Shown here: positions 50,630-60,423 of the stretch, piece after piece
Position numbering within the stretch: position 1 is the stretch's first letter
Layout: every line of letters starts with the position of its first letter
From: Nanobdellota archaeon
GTDB lineage: Archaea > Nanobdellota > Nanobdellia > Parvarchaeales > Parvarchaeaceae
Assembly: GCA_021818905.1 (NCBI GenBank)
Contig: JAKASS010000002.1
Coordinates: 24,142-88,141 of the forward strand
DNA length: 64,000 nt
Reading direction: 5' to 3'
The notes under the pieces: model-generated
Told to the model about the DNA's origin: nothing
The model's database searches: none
What the model saw: the letters and a program-made list of their open reading frames with translations, nothing else
Translations under genes and position numbers: made by a program

Positions 50630-51304
50630 ATGGCACAGCTAAAAAATTATGACATTGTTACCCCTGGCGAATTGCTTTCTGAGGAAGGCGATGGCGGAAA
50701 CGGTACTTATGTCGAAAATGGCAAGACATTCTCAAAATACTTTGGAATGCTACAAGTGAATGAACGGGGGGCAAGCGTAACTCCTCTTACCGGAGTATAC
50801 AAGCCAAGAGAAGGCGATGACGTAATAGGGCAAATAGTAGAGGTTAGCAGCAAATATTGGGTGGTAGACATAAACGCGCCATATTACACTAGACTAGATT
50901 CAAGAGATGTTAATTTCAGGGCCGACATAGACGACCTCGCCCGATATATGCAGATGGGTGATTTGATTTTTGCTAGAGTATTTAGAATATACGCGAACCA
51001 CGCAGCCGATGTTTCGATGAGAGGCACAAAATACGCCAAGTTGCCATCAAAGATGATAACAAAGATAGACCCTATGAAACTCCCTAGACTTATAGGCAAG
51101 GAAGGCGCGATGATAAACTTAATAAAAAATGAAACGCATTGCGAAATCGTAATAGGACAGAACGGGATTATATGGGTAGGCGGCGACAAAGAACAAATGA
51201 ACTTAGCTATTTCGGCTATAAATCTAGTCGAAAGCGAATACCACATTCCTAGACTAATGGAAAAAGTAACGGAGATGTTTGAAAATGTACGAAGAAAGAT
51301 TTGA
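50630..51304 (+). CDS. rrp4: exosome complex RNA-binding subunit Rrp4 (S1 + KH)
   Basis: 224 aa; S1 and KH domain pattern, operon position. Confidence 0.8.
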   Translation: MAQLKNYDIVTPGELLSEEGDGGNGTYVENGKTFSKYFGMLQVNERGASVTPLTGVYKPREGDDVIGQIVEVSSKYWVVDINAPYYTRLDSRDVNFRADIDDLARYMQMGDLIFARVFRIYANHAADVSMRGTKYAKLPSKMITKIDPMKLPRLIGKEGAMINLIKNETHCEIVIGQNGIIWVGGDKEQMNLAISAINLVESEYHIPRLMEKVTEMFENVRRKI

Positions 51305-51986
51305 TAAAAGAGCGTTTGACGAATTGCGGCCAATGGAGGCTGAGACAGGCCTGATAGCTAATGCGAATGGCAGTGCTAGATTTAGAATAGGAAACACGGA
51401 AGCTATCGCAGCTGTGTACGGTCCGCAAGAGGTGAAACCGAAGCACTTTGAAAAGGTTGACCGAGGTATTATAGTTTGTAAATATGATATGATGCCATTT
51501 TCTGTCCCAGACAGGGCCAAACCAGGTTTCGATAGAAGAGATATGGAAATAAGCGATGTAATAACAAACGCACTAAGCCGCGCAATATTATTAAAAGAAT
51601 TTCCAAGGTCTATGATAGACGTGCGCGTTTACGTAAGCCAAGCCGACGCTGGTACCAGGTGTGCAAGCTTGACAGCTGCTTCGATGGCATGCGCAGACGC
51701 TGGCCTTCCTATGAGAGACTTAGTTGCTGCGGTTGCAGCTGGAAAAATCGGCGACAGCGTATGTTTAGATTTAACTAAAGAAGAAGAAGATTTCCACGAA
51801 GGCGGTGCAACGGATGTACCTATTGCATTTTTGCCTTCCAAGAACGAGATTGTGCTCTTGCAACTTGATGGTAAAGTAAGCAGGGAAGATCTTAAGAAAA
51901 TAATAGAGATGGGGAAACTCGGTGCGCACAAAATCTATGAGTTAGAGAAGAAGGCACTGAAAAGGAGGTTTTCAAATGAAAGTTAA
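51279..51986 (+). CDS. rrp41: exosome complex exonuclease Rrp41 (RNase PH domain, catalytic)
   Basis: 235 aa; RNase PH domain pattern incl. DGSARFRIGNTEAIAAVYGP. Confidence 0.85.
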   Translation: MKMYEERFDKRAFDELRPMEAETGLIANANGSARFRIGNTEAIAAVYGPQEVKPKHFEKVDRGIIVCKYDMMPFSVPDRAKPGFDRRDMEISDVITNALSRAILLKEFPRSMIDVRVYVSQADAGTRCASLTAASMACADAGLPMRDLVAAVAAGKIGDSVCLDLTKEEEDFHEGGATDVPIAFLPSKNEIVLLQLDGKVSREDLKKIIEMGKLGAHKIYELEKKALKRRFSNES

Positions 51987-53292
51987 GGTTAGAGGTATTT
52001 ATTCGACTGCAATAACAAAGCTTTTGCTAGACTCTGGCTTTGAAATAACCCAGGCTGCGGATGCGATAAAACAAGCGCTTAATCTGTCTGATGACTCTGC
52101 GCCGGATGTAATGATAGAAGATGTTGACACTAAAGAAGGAATCTACGTTTACGGTTCAGACCCTGGCAAGATAGTAGAAATCCTCAAGAAACACCTGAAA
52201 GAAAGCGTATTCTACAAAGAGGACATAGGTAAAATCTACTGTGGTATAATAAAGAATACTGATCAAAAATCTAAATCTATAGTAATCGCTCTTCCAGATG
52301 ATGAAGAAGGCGTACTAGATTTGAAAAACTTCTGGGGCTACGTAAAACCGGGATCTAAGATATTAGTACAATCAAAAGGCACTTATGACGGCAAGATAAT
52401 GCTTTCTACGCAGCTAAGGATATTCGGAGAGAACGTAATAATAATAAAGAATGGCTTCACAAAAATGAGCAGGGGCATACGTTCACACGAAGACAGAGAC
52501 AAATTAGACGAGATAGCTAAAGGAATGGACCTTAAAGACTGGGGGATATTATGGGTACAGGGCGCAGAAAACAGGGAAGAAGATGTACTTAGACGTGAAC
52601 TAGAATCACTTATGGAAAAAGAAAAAGAAATAACTGAAAAGTTCAACTCTTCCACCGAGCCGGCTACATTGTATGAAGGCATAGATAAATATTTCACGCT
52701 CTTCGGAAAAGAGGACAAAGCGAGATTAGACGATATCCGAAAGAAAGTCATGCCTACTATACCAAAGCACCACATGCTGAAATCTGCGGGATATACAATA
52801 CTTACAGATTTCGCTGAGAACCTAATGGACCGCGCTTCTGATTCTGAAATGTCTCAGAAAGTAGCAGAAACTCTGTTAAGATATGGCCCTATAAAGAACA
52901 AGATGTATAGACTTGCATTTACAAGATTAAACGGGACATCCTATAGGGTAGACGGCATACTTGAGGATGTGGTAGTTGAAAACAATGATGTAAAATCCCT
53001 AAGGCTTACGAACAGAAACGATTGGGGAGAAAAAACTTACATAGTCGAAGCTGGCAAGGATTATGTCGTTGTAAAGCGAGGGGATTCCGAGGACAGAATA
53101 TTAACTCTAAAGCCTGAAATATTTCCTAAGTTTGCGAAGATAACTACATTTGATATAACAGCAAAGAAAGAAAATGGGGCGGTCACCGTATCTAACGATA
53201 ACAGGATAGAAAAACTACGGAAGAAGGGCGAGATAAGCCATGAACTCGAAGAGTCGCTTAAAAAGGCACTTTCGGAGATAAGCAGCATATGA
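51976..53292 (+). CDS. fau-1: FAU-1-like ribonuclease (archaeal RNase E/G-like RNA-binding protein)
   Basis: 438 aa; N-terminus VRGIYSTAITKLLLDSGFEI matches FAU-1 family start (RIRGIYATALTKL...); overlaps rrp41 end and rrp42 start. Confidence 0.55.
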   Translation: MKVKVRGIYSTAITKLLLDSGFEITQAADAIKQALNLSDDSAPDVMIEDVDTKEGIYVYGSDPGKIVEILKKHLKESVFYKEDIGKIYCGIIKNTDQKSKSIVIALPDDEEGVLDLKNFWGYVKPGSKILVQSKGTYDGKIMLSTQLRIFGENVIIIKNGFTKMSRGIRSHEDRDKLDEIAKGMDLKDWGILWVQGAENREEDVLRRELESLMEKEKEITEKFNSSTEPATLYEGIDKYFTLFGKEDKARLDDIRKKVMPTIPKHHMLKSAGYTILTDFAENLMDRASDSEMSQKVAETLLRYGPIKNKMYRLAFTRLNGTSYRVDGILEDVVVENNDVKSLRLTNRNDWGEKTYIVEAGKDYVVVKRGDSEDRILTLKPEIFPKFAKITTFDITAKKENGAVTVSNDNRIEKLRKKGEISHELEESLKKALSEISSI

Positions 53293-54050
53293 GCATTGAA
53301 AACTACGATTACATAAGAGAGATGGCCGAGAAATCTATTAGAGCAGATGGCCGCAAAGAAAACGATAGACGTAATTTGGTGATAAAAACAGGAGTTATAA
53401 ATCACTCCGATGGTTCAGCTTATTTAGAGCTGGGTGGCACTAAAGTACTAGCTGGCGTAAAAATACTTCCCGGCGAGCCGTTCCCGGACAGGGCTGACGA
53501 AGGGGGGCTTATAGTAAATTTCGAGGCTTCTGAATTAGCAAGTAACTACCAGTCAGACAGGATAATGTATTCTGTAGAAGTGGGAAGAGTGACAGACCGC
53601 GGCATAAGAGAGTCAAATTTGATTGACATGAAAAAACTCGTTATAGAGGTCGGAAAGAAAGTTCTTTTCGTTTACATAGACATATTCGCTCTAAATAATG
53701 AAGGAAATCTTTTAGATGCTGCCAACATGGCCGCATTAACCGCACTATTAGATGCTAAGTACAAAGTCGAGGGGAGCGAAGAAAAGATACAGCTACCATT
53801 AAACCACGAGAAACTCTCTATAAGCCACACGTTTGCAAAGATAGGAAATACAATATTATACGATCCAAGTCTGCCAGAAGAAAACCTAGCTGACGCTAGG
53901 CTATCTATCGCAGTAAGCGACAAGGTGAATTCCATGCAAAAAGGAAAAGTCGGCTTTTTTACTCCCGAAGAAGTGGACTATTGCGTTGGCAAGGCATTTG
54001 AACTAAAGCATGAGAATAAGACTTTATTAATGCATCATACTAAAAAATAG
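53289..54050 (+). CDS. rrp42: exosome complex subunit Rrp42 (RNase PH-like, non-catalytic)
   Basis: 253 aa RNase PH-like domain, operon position. Confidence 0.8.
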   Translation: MSIENYDYIREMAEKSIRADGRKENDRRNLVIKTGVINHSDGSAYLELGGTKVLAGVKILPGEPFPDRADEGGLIVNFEASELASNYQSDRIMYSVEVGRVTDRGIRESNLIDMKKLVIEVGKKVLFVYIDIFALNNEGNLLDAANMAALTALLDAKYKVEGSEEKIQLPLNHEKLSISHTFAKIGNTILYDPSLPEENLADARLSIAVSDKVNSMQKGKVGFFTPEEVDYCVGKAFELKHENKTLLMHHTKK

Positions 54051-54052
54051 CT

Positions 54053-54226
54053 ATGGAAGAATACAATAAATTTGAGAGAGCCCGGCTTGTGGGCGCCAGG
54101 GCTTTGCAGCTTGCACTTGGAGCACCAGCTCTTGTAAAAGTCAACAAAAAGGAAGATAGGTACATAGACATCGCAAAACGTGAGCTAGAGAAAGGCGTGC
54201 TACCTATAACAGTAAGAAAAAGTTGA
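54053..54226 (+). CDS. rpoK: DNA-directed RNA polymerase subunit K (Rpo6)
   Basis: 57 aa (below the ORF-track cutoff); MEEYNKFERARLVGARALQLALGAPALV...EKGVLPITV matches RpoK/Rpb6 core (FEKARIIGARALQIAMGAP ... GVIPITV). Confidence 0.7.
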   Translation: MEEYNKFERARLVGARALQLALGAPALVKVNKKEDRYIDIAKRELEKGVLPITVRKS

Positions 54227-54244
54227 TTTTAAATCATCCCTAAA

Positions 54245-55558
54245 ATGGCATTTGACAGTCTAGCGAACAGGCTTAAAGAAGGCATAAAGAAGTTACTTAA
54301 TTCTACAGGAAATGAAAAAGTCGAAGAAGTAATAACAGAGATACGCAAGGCTTTACTCGAAGGCGACGTAGATCCATCCCTCATAGAGAGATTCATACAA
54401 AAAGTAAGAGACGACATAAAATCCAAGAAAGGCAAAGGTCTACTTACGCGTGAAAGAGTGATAGATGTAATATACAATAACCTTGTCGACGTACTTGGAT
54501 CTACAGAAACAAAAATAGACGTTAACACCGTACCTTACAAGATATTACTGGTAGGTCTTTTCGGTTCCGGAAAAACCACCACTGCTGCAAAACTTGCAAA
54601 TTACTATAAGAAACGCGGCTATAGAGTACTACTTTTAGGTCTAGACACCTTCAGACCGGCTGCTTTCGAGCAGCTTACACAACTAAGCAAGCAAATAAAC
54701 GTAAAAATAGCGAGTGCCGGGAAAAACCCAGTAGATATAATAAAAGCCAACGTCGCTTCTTTCAAGAACTATGATATAATAATAGGCGACAGCGCCGGTA
54801 GAGACGCTTTGGACGAGAATCTTGTGAAAGAAATAAAAGGCGTGAACGAAGCCTTCAAACCGAACAATGTTACGCTAGTTATACCTGCCGATCTCGGACA
54901 GAACGCAAGCGTGCAGGTAAAGGCATTTCACGAACTGCTCGGGATAAACAGCATAATCTTAACAAAGACGGACGGTACGGCTAATGGCGGCGGCGCGCTT
55001 ACCGCGGCTTATATCAGCGGTGCAAAGGTTGTATTCATCGGGACTGGAGAGAAAATAAACGAACTAGAAGAATTTGATCCAAAGAAGTTCGTATCTAAAT
55101 TGCTTGGCCTTGAAGGGTTAGAATCATTGTTAAAGAAGGCTGAAGAAGAAAATATACAAGTAAATGAAGAAAGCGTAAAGAAGGTAATAAAAGGTGAATT
55201 TAATCTAATGGATATTTATGACCAATATGCTAGCACAAAGAAGCTGGGACCAATGGATAAACTTGCTAGCCTTATACCCGGTATGCCGACTTCTGGCAAT
55301 ACCAAAGAATTGCTAGAAAAACAAGGCGAGAACATAGGCAAGTTCACTACGATAATGGATTCTATGACAAAACAGGAGCTTGAAGAACCAAATACGATAA
55401 ACTCTGCAAGGATAAAAAGGATAGCAAATGGCAGCGGACAGACCGAAGAACTAGTAAGAGAGCTTCTAGACCAGTATAAGAAGATGAAGACTGTAATGAA
55501 AATGTCAAATAATAAACAGATTTCTGGCCTTATGAGAAGATTTGGTGTAAAGTTATGA
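54245..55558 (+). CDS. srp54: signal recognition particle protein SRP54
   Basis: 437 aa; NG-domain GTPase motifs LLVGLFGSGKTTT, DTFRPAA, TKTDG; Met-rich M-domain. Confidence 0.9.
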   Translation: MAFDSLANRLKEGIKKLLNSTGNEKVEEVITEIRKALLEGDVDPSLIERFIQKVRDDIKSKKGKGLLTRERVIDVIYNNLVDVLGSTETKIDVNTVPYKILLVGLFGSGKTTTAAKLANYYKKRGYRVLLLGLDTFRPAAFEQLTQLSKQINVKIASAGKNPVDIIKANVASFKNYDIIIGDSAGRDALDENLVKEIKGVNEAFKPNNVTLVIPADLGQNASVQVKAFHELLGINSIILTKTDGTANGGGALTAAYISGAKVVFIGTGEKINELEEFDPKKFVSKLLGLEGLESLLKKAEEENIQVNEESVKKVIKGEFNLMDIYDQYASTKKLGPMDKLASLIPGMPTSGNTKELLEKQGENIGKFTTIMDSMTKQELEEPNTINSARIKRIANGSGQTEELVRELLDQYKKMKTVMKMSNNKQISGLMRRFGVKL

Positions 55559-55707
55559 AATGCTCAATATGCGAAAAAGAGATAGAAACTACCTTTTTAG
55601 GGAAAATAAAAGGCAATTACGTAAAGGTTGGTGGCAAATTGCACCCCGTCTGTAACGTTTGTTTCAACACGAATAGAGAAGACATAAAAACTAAAATTAA
55701 TAAATGA
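55555..55707 (+). CDS. small zinc-ribbon protein, hypothetical
   Basis: 50 aa, CxxC...CxxC (C4,C7,C33,C36); ATGA overlap with srp54 stop suggests translational coupling. Confidence 0.3.
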   Translation: MKCSICEKEIETTFLGKIKGNYVKVGGKLHPVCNVCFNTNREDIKTKINK

Positions 55708-55729
55708 TGGCCAACTTAGATTCTTAATT

Positions 55730-55804
55730 GGGCTCGTAGCTTAACTTGGACAGAGCAGCAGACTTCTAATCTGCGGGTTGGGGGTTCAAATCCCTTCGAG
55801 CCCA
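55730..55804 (+). tRNA. tRNA-Arg (anticodon TCT)
   Basis: 75 nt: acceptor GGGCTCG/CGAGCCC, anticodon stem GCAGA/TCTGC with loop CTTCTAA, T-loop TTCAAAT, discriminator A. Confidence 0.8.
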
Positions 55805-55926
55805 ATTATCAGTACATTGCCATGTAAATTTTGGCAAATCTGCCTCGCAGAATGCTTGCCATAGCTTACCAGTTGCGTTTTCTGAAAATGGGTACCCCTT
55901 AGAACCCGCCCAAGATTTAACTCATT

Positions 55927-56367
55927 TTGGCAAATCACCAAAAGATGTTTTTAACTGTTCTGCCAACAAATGGTATGAACAGAAAATATTCTATAGAGTT
56001 AAAAGAGCAGGCGATAAAACTTGCGGAAAGCGGCAAAACTAAGAGGGAAATAGCCAACACCCTGGATATTTCATATTATACAATCCATAAGATGGTTTAT
56101 GGCCATTGCGTTTCCCGAAAACACTCTCAAGATGTAAAAAACAAGGCAAGGGAACTTATAGAGAAAGGCGTATCAAAAGGTCGTGTAGCTTACGAACTAG
56201 GCATCCCTTTAGGCACGCTGGCGCACTGGGACATTCCGAGTCCAAACCCGCCGAAAAGCTACGGTAAAGAAATCAAGGACAAAGCAGCGCAGATGGTTCT
56301 GTCTGGAATGTCGATATCGGAAACGGCTAAACAATTAGGTACGCTTGTGCATAAGTCCCTTAAATAA
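55927..56367 (+). pseudogene. transposase N-terminal HTH fragment (IS630/IS3-OrfA-like), truncated
   Basis: 146 aa with two helix-turn-helix segments (KTKREIANTLDISYYTIHKMV; SISETAKQLG) and no catalytic domain; located just 3' of tRNA-Arg. Confidence 0.45.
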
Positions 56368-56412
56368 GCCTAAGTCTGTCCGATTCGTTCAGATCTTCTC
56401 TCTGCTGGCGCT

Positions 56413-56652
56413 TCAGCCGATCAGTCTATTGTAAAGCATCACCTTCAGCTTGATCTCGTTCTGCACGGACTTCCATCTTCGGGAGCATACGTGCTCCCCG
56501 AACCTCCGCTTAAAGGCGGAGAAGAAGGATTCTACCAGCCATCTTTTCCCGTATCCGACCTTTTCCTTCCATTTCTTCTGGTAGTAACGCATCACTTCAC
56601 GTTCATTGAATAGTACGGTGCCATCGGTAACGGGAGGATCATACCAATTAAA
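56413..56652 (-). pseudogene. IS5-like transposase C-terminal fragment
   Basis: Open frame FNWYDPPVTDGTVLFNEREVMRYYQKKWKEKVGYGKRWLVESFFSAFKRRFGEHVCSRR... carries the conserved IS5-family C-terminal RW.VE..F...KR.FG motif; GC-richer than flanks; begins directly after the stop of the upstream gene. Confidence 0.5.
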
Positions 56653-57942
56653 TTACGAAGATAACTCTGACTTTTTCGGACTGCTCTGACTGCTGCTTAC
56701 ATAACCATAATTAGGTGTTCCTGTCGTAACACTAACATTTGCAAAACTATTTGTTAAAATAGAAGTCTGCAAGTTATCTGAAGATTCTGCTGTATCCTCG
56801 CCGAAATTATAATATGATGGAAAATAGGACAGGCCGTTAATAGCATTGTTATAATATAACAAACTAAGATTTGCATTCAATGACTCAAAATAAGTAGAAG
56901 CCCCATTTCCTGGCCCCCCAAATACGAACTCTGTATCGTAAGGTATAAAAGATGGTGCAACATAGTAAGGAGTTACTATTATAGATATATTTGTCGCGTT
57001 TATGTTTAGGCTAACATTATCATAAAAATGCGGCTTGTAAGAAACCTTTCCATCCGTGACTGTAAAACCCTGCGAATAGCCAAAAGAAATCATTGAGTGC
57101 CCGTCAACAATATAGGTCTTTATTAGCAGCGTAATATTCATAGGTAAGTTAGTGCTAATTCTATTGCTGGCAGCATAAGCGTATACATTCTGTGTCGCTC
57201 CGTTTGCATTGGTATATACAAGGATTTCGCCGTTTCCGCTTATCGAAGAAGAACTGATATTAGCATCCAAAGCGGAGGAGTTCCAAATGTTGTCATCGAG
57301 ATAATAGTAGCCTGCCGACGTATCAAACTGTGCAACATCCTGGAGCCAAAAAACCTGGGTTTTATTTCCATCGTATGAGACATTTGCGACCACATTTAGC
57401 TGTAAACCTGCCGTACTCGGCGAAAGACCGCCCGGCAATGTTGCATTGTAAGCCATTATTTTACTTATGCTCGCAATGCCTAAAACTTCGCTTGTTTGGA
57501 TTTGATAAGCAGACAGCTGGCCGGAATTGCTTGTGATGCCATAACTCGCTATGCCAGTAGAGAAAATCGTCCTATTAAATTTATCTGGTACAATAGAATA
57601 TGTAAAATCAGATTCGGCTACTATATTATAAGCGCCCGGATTTAAAAGTACATGTGCCATCCCAGAAGTCACCGGGCCAGAATATACTTGTGTACCGTTG
57701 CTATAGCTTACTTCTAGATTTCCAGAGATTGAACCAGTAAAATGGATATCCAGCGCTCCAACCCACGTTGCATTCACCGAAGCTGTAAACTTTGGACCAG
57801 AAGTAAGAAAGCCAGATGCATAGACAAAAATCATTATAAACGCTATAATGCCTATTATCGCTAGTTTATTCAGACTTGATGACCTAGACTTTTCGTTGCT
57901 TTTACCAAGTATCTCATTTATTTCCTTCTCGTAGCCCTCCAT
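56653..57942 (-). CDS. S/T/N-rich surface protein with N-terminal signal anchor
   Basis: 429 aa; N-terminal TM (LAIIGIIAFIMIFVYASGFL) then low-complexity extracytoplasmic domain with many sequons; no C-terminal anchor. Confidence 0.45.
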   Translation of the reverse strand: MEGYEKEINEILGKSNEKSRSSSLNKLAIIGIIAFIMIFVYASGFLTSGPKFTASVNATWVGALDIHFTGSISGNLEVSYSNGTQVYSGPVTSGMAHVLLNPGAYNIVAESDFTYSIVPDKFNRTIFSTGIASYGITSNSGQLSAYQIQTSEVLGIASISKIMAYNATLPGGLSPSTAGLQLNVVANVSYDGNKTQVFWLQDVAQFDTSAGYYYLDDNIWNSSALDANISSSSISGNGEILVYTNANGATQNVYAYAASNRISTNLPMNITLLIKTYIVDGHSMISFGYSQGFTVTDGKVSYKPHFYDNVSLNINATNISIIVTPYYVAPSFIPYDTEFVFGGPGNGASTYFESLNANLSLLYYNNAINGLSYFPSYYNFGEDTAESSDNLQTSILTNSFANVSVTTGTPNYGYVSSSQSSPKKSELSS

Positions 57943-57999
57943 AAATAGAATAATTATTGCTCTTTTATATTCTTAAATTAAAAAACTATTTTTAAAGAT

Positions 58000-58085
58000 T
58001 GGGCCCAAAGGGATTCGAACCCCTGATCTTCCGCATTTTGAGCAAACTCGTCAAGCGGACGTCGTAACCACTGGACCATGGACCC
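58000..58085 (-). tRNA. tRNA-Val (anticodon GAC) with ~13-nt intron
   Basis: Minus strand 86 nt: acceptor GGGTCCA/TGGGCCC, anticodon stem TCCGC ... GCGGA separated by loop TTGACG plus 13 extra nt, T-arm AGGGG-TTCGAAT-CCCTT. Confidence 0.6.
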
Positions 58086-58138
58086 ACATTACTCCTAAAA
58101 GGACAAACACTTAAATATCTTTTGTAATAACATAGGAT

Positions 58139-59431
58139 ATGCATTACGATTTAAACTATGTCAATGAAAACAAGGAAGAGCTGGTCTCTTCTATAAAGAG
58201 GAGATTTCTTATTCCTCCTATAAAGAACCCTGTTGATAAAATAATAGAATTAAACGAAACTATTAAAAAACTTAGAAAAGACGTAGACGAAATGCGACAT
58301 CAAAGAAATGTCGTAAGCATGAAATTCTCAAAACAAAAGGAAAAAGTTGAATCTAAAGAAATGGAACGAATGAAAATAAGAAAGCTGATGGATGACATAA
58401 AAAACAGAGAAAACGAGATCGCATTAAAAGAAGAAGCAGCAAAAAAATTATTTTTATGGTTACCTAATGTAATAAGCAAAGAAACGCCAGATGGCAAAGA
58501 TGATACTTATAATGTAGAAATAAGAAAGTTCGGAAAAATAGCCAAAAGAAATTTCGAGATTAAAAACCACATAGATTTGGGTGAAAGAAGAGATCTTATA
58601 GATGTTGAAAGCGCTGCAAGGGTAGTTGGTAGTAGGTTCTTTTATCTAAAAGGCCGGTTGGTGCAACTAGCACTGGCTTTAGAGATGTATTCTATCTCAA
58701 AAATCGCGGAGAAAGGATATACCCCTGTTATACCGCCATTTATGCTAAAGAAAGAAGTTTATGGTGGGATAGCACATATGGCTACCTTTGAAGACGCGTT
58801 ATACAAGGTAACTGGATTAGAAGATACAGGCGAAGAAGACAGGTTCCTTATATCGACTACTGAACACCCAATTATAGCCAGATATGCCGATACCAATATC
58901 TCAGAAAAGGACCTGCCGATAAAGTTAGTTGGGGTAAGTCCTGCGTTCAGGAAAGAAGCCGGCGCCCATGGAAAAGATACCAAGGGTATATTCAGGCTAC
59001 ACCAATTCGACCAGACGGAGCAGATAGTGTTTTGCAAGCCGGAAGATTCACGTAAACTGCATGAAGAGATGCTTAGCAATGTCGAAGAGATGTGGAAAGA
59101 GCTTGACGTGCCATATCGAGTAGTAGACTGCTCCACCGGGGACATGGGAATAAGAGACGTACACCAATATGATATCGAAGCCTACCTGTACTCGCAGGAA
59201 AAGTACAGAGAGGTAGGGTCATTCGACGACACCAGCGACTGGATAGCAAGGCGACTAAATATAAGATACGCGAATAACCAAGGAAACAAAAAATACGTCA
59301 ACACCCTGGACGGCACTGGTCTACCGATACAAAGGACTATAATCGCGATAATGGACACTTATCAGGACAAGGACGGCGTAATAAAAGTACCGGAAGTCCT
59401 TGTGAAATATACTGGGTTCAAAGAGATCTAG
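58139..59431 (+). CDS. serS: seryl-tRNA synthetase
   Basis: 430 aa; N-terminal coiled-coil arm, class II aaRS motifs (FRKEAGAHGKDTKGIFRLHQFDQTEQ; GLPIQRTIIAIMDTYQD). Confidence 0.8.
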   Translation: MHYDLNYVNENKEELVSSIKRRFLIPPIKNPVDKIIELNETIKKLRKDVDEMRHQRNVVSMKFSKQKEKVESKEMERMKIRKLMDDIKNRENEIALKEEAAKKLFLWLPNVISKETPDGKDDTYNVEIRKFGKIAKRNFEIKNHIDLGERRDLIDVESAARVVGSRFFYLKGRLVQLALALEMYSISKIAEKGYTPVIPPFMLKKEVYGGIAHMATFEDALYKVTGLEDTGEEDRFLISTTEHPIIARYADTNISEKDLPIKLVGVSPAFRKEAGAHGKDTKGIFRLHQFDQTEQIVFCKPEDSRKLHEEMLSNVEEMWKELDVPYRVVDCSTGDMGIRDVHQYDIEAYLYSQEKYREVGSFDDTSDWIARRLNIRYANNQGNKKYVNTLDGTGLPIQRTIIAIMDTYQDKDGVIKVPEVLVKYTGFKEI

Positions 59432-59517
59432 ATAGTCACCGCCGCTGGGGCAATGAACTTTTAAGTGAACAGATTATTTATTCTAGCGCTACCTATAGTT
59501 ATTACACGGGCAAACTT

Positions 59518-60297
59518 ATGGCAGGCGGGATAGAAAATCTTGTTGGCGATTCTATAACTAGACCTACAAATGCCATAAAGCGACCTTACAAACTCGTAGA
59601 TATAATACAAGAGACGCCGAATGTAAAGACCATGCGATTCAAATCCGAATTGGGGAGGAGATGGACTTTAAGCCGGGACAATTCGTACAGATAGGATATA
59701 GCAGCGATGGCTCCAAAATCGACGTTCAAAGGCCATATTCGATAGGCTCTGCTCCACGTTCTGATGTCATGGATTTTTACATCGAGATGATTAACGGCAA
59801 ACTTACTTCTGTTCTGGACAAGGCTAGCGTGGGGGAGATTTATAACCTAGGCGCGTCAAACGGCAAAAACTTTGAATATTCTCTCAGCCAGAATAAAAAA
59901 ATCGTTGTTCATAGCGGCTGCGACCGGCATCGTACCATTCATATCCATGTTAAGATACATCGAACGAAATCAGATACGAGAGGACATAGTGGTTTTATAC
60001 ACCGTCGGGACAAAAGCTGACATAATAAGGGCCGCTGAGCTAGAAGAATTTAATAAAAAAGGAATAGCAAAAGTCGTTATAACCCTTACACAACCGGCGG
60101 AAAGCCCTGACTGGACGGAAGAGACCGAAAGAATTGATGTGGCCAAGATAAATAAATATGTGCCAGATGTAAAAGAAAGAACGGCTTACCTTTGCGGCTC
60201 AAACCAGTTTAACTCTGCGATGACGGATCTTTTAAAATCGTGCGGCATGCCTGCAGATAAAGATCACATAAAGCACGAGGTGTGGGGCGGCCACTAA
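59518..60297 (+). pseudogene. FNR-like FAD/NAD(P)-binding oxidoreductase (PyrK/ferredoxin-NADP-reductase-like) with two compensating frameshifts
   Basis: Three collinear coding segments in frames F (59518..~59655: MAGGIENLVGDSITRPTNAIKRPYKLVDIIQETPNVKTMRFKSELG), F+2 (59661..~59895: FKPGQFVQ...RPYSIGSAP...) and F again (59872..60297: LFIAAATGIVPF... NAD-binding); switches at G4 (59652..59655) and A7 (59893..59899) runs. Confidence 0.6.
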
Positions 60298-60423
60298 ATT
60301 CAGCGTTAGAGAGTTTTCAACGACCCGAGTAATACCATAGTAATACCTAAAAACTATTTATAATCAGACCAATCTAAGTAATATTTATAAGCTAATAAAT
60401 ATGTTTGATTTTGGGAGGAAATT

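Noticed and set aside
55927-56367. Intact IS630/IS3-type transposase
   Set aside because: Only the HTH DNA-binding part is present (146 aa, no DDE domain); treated as a remnant
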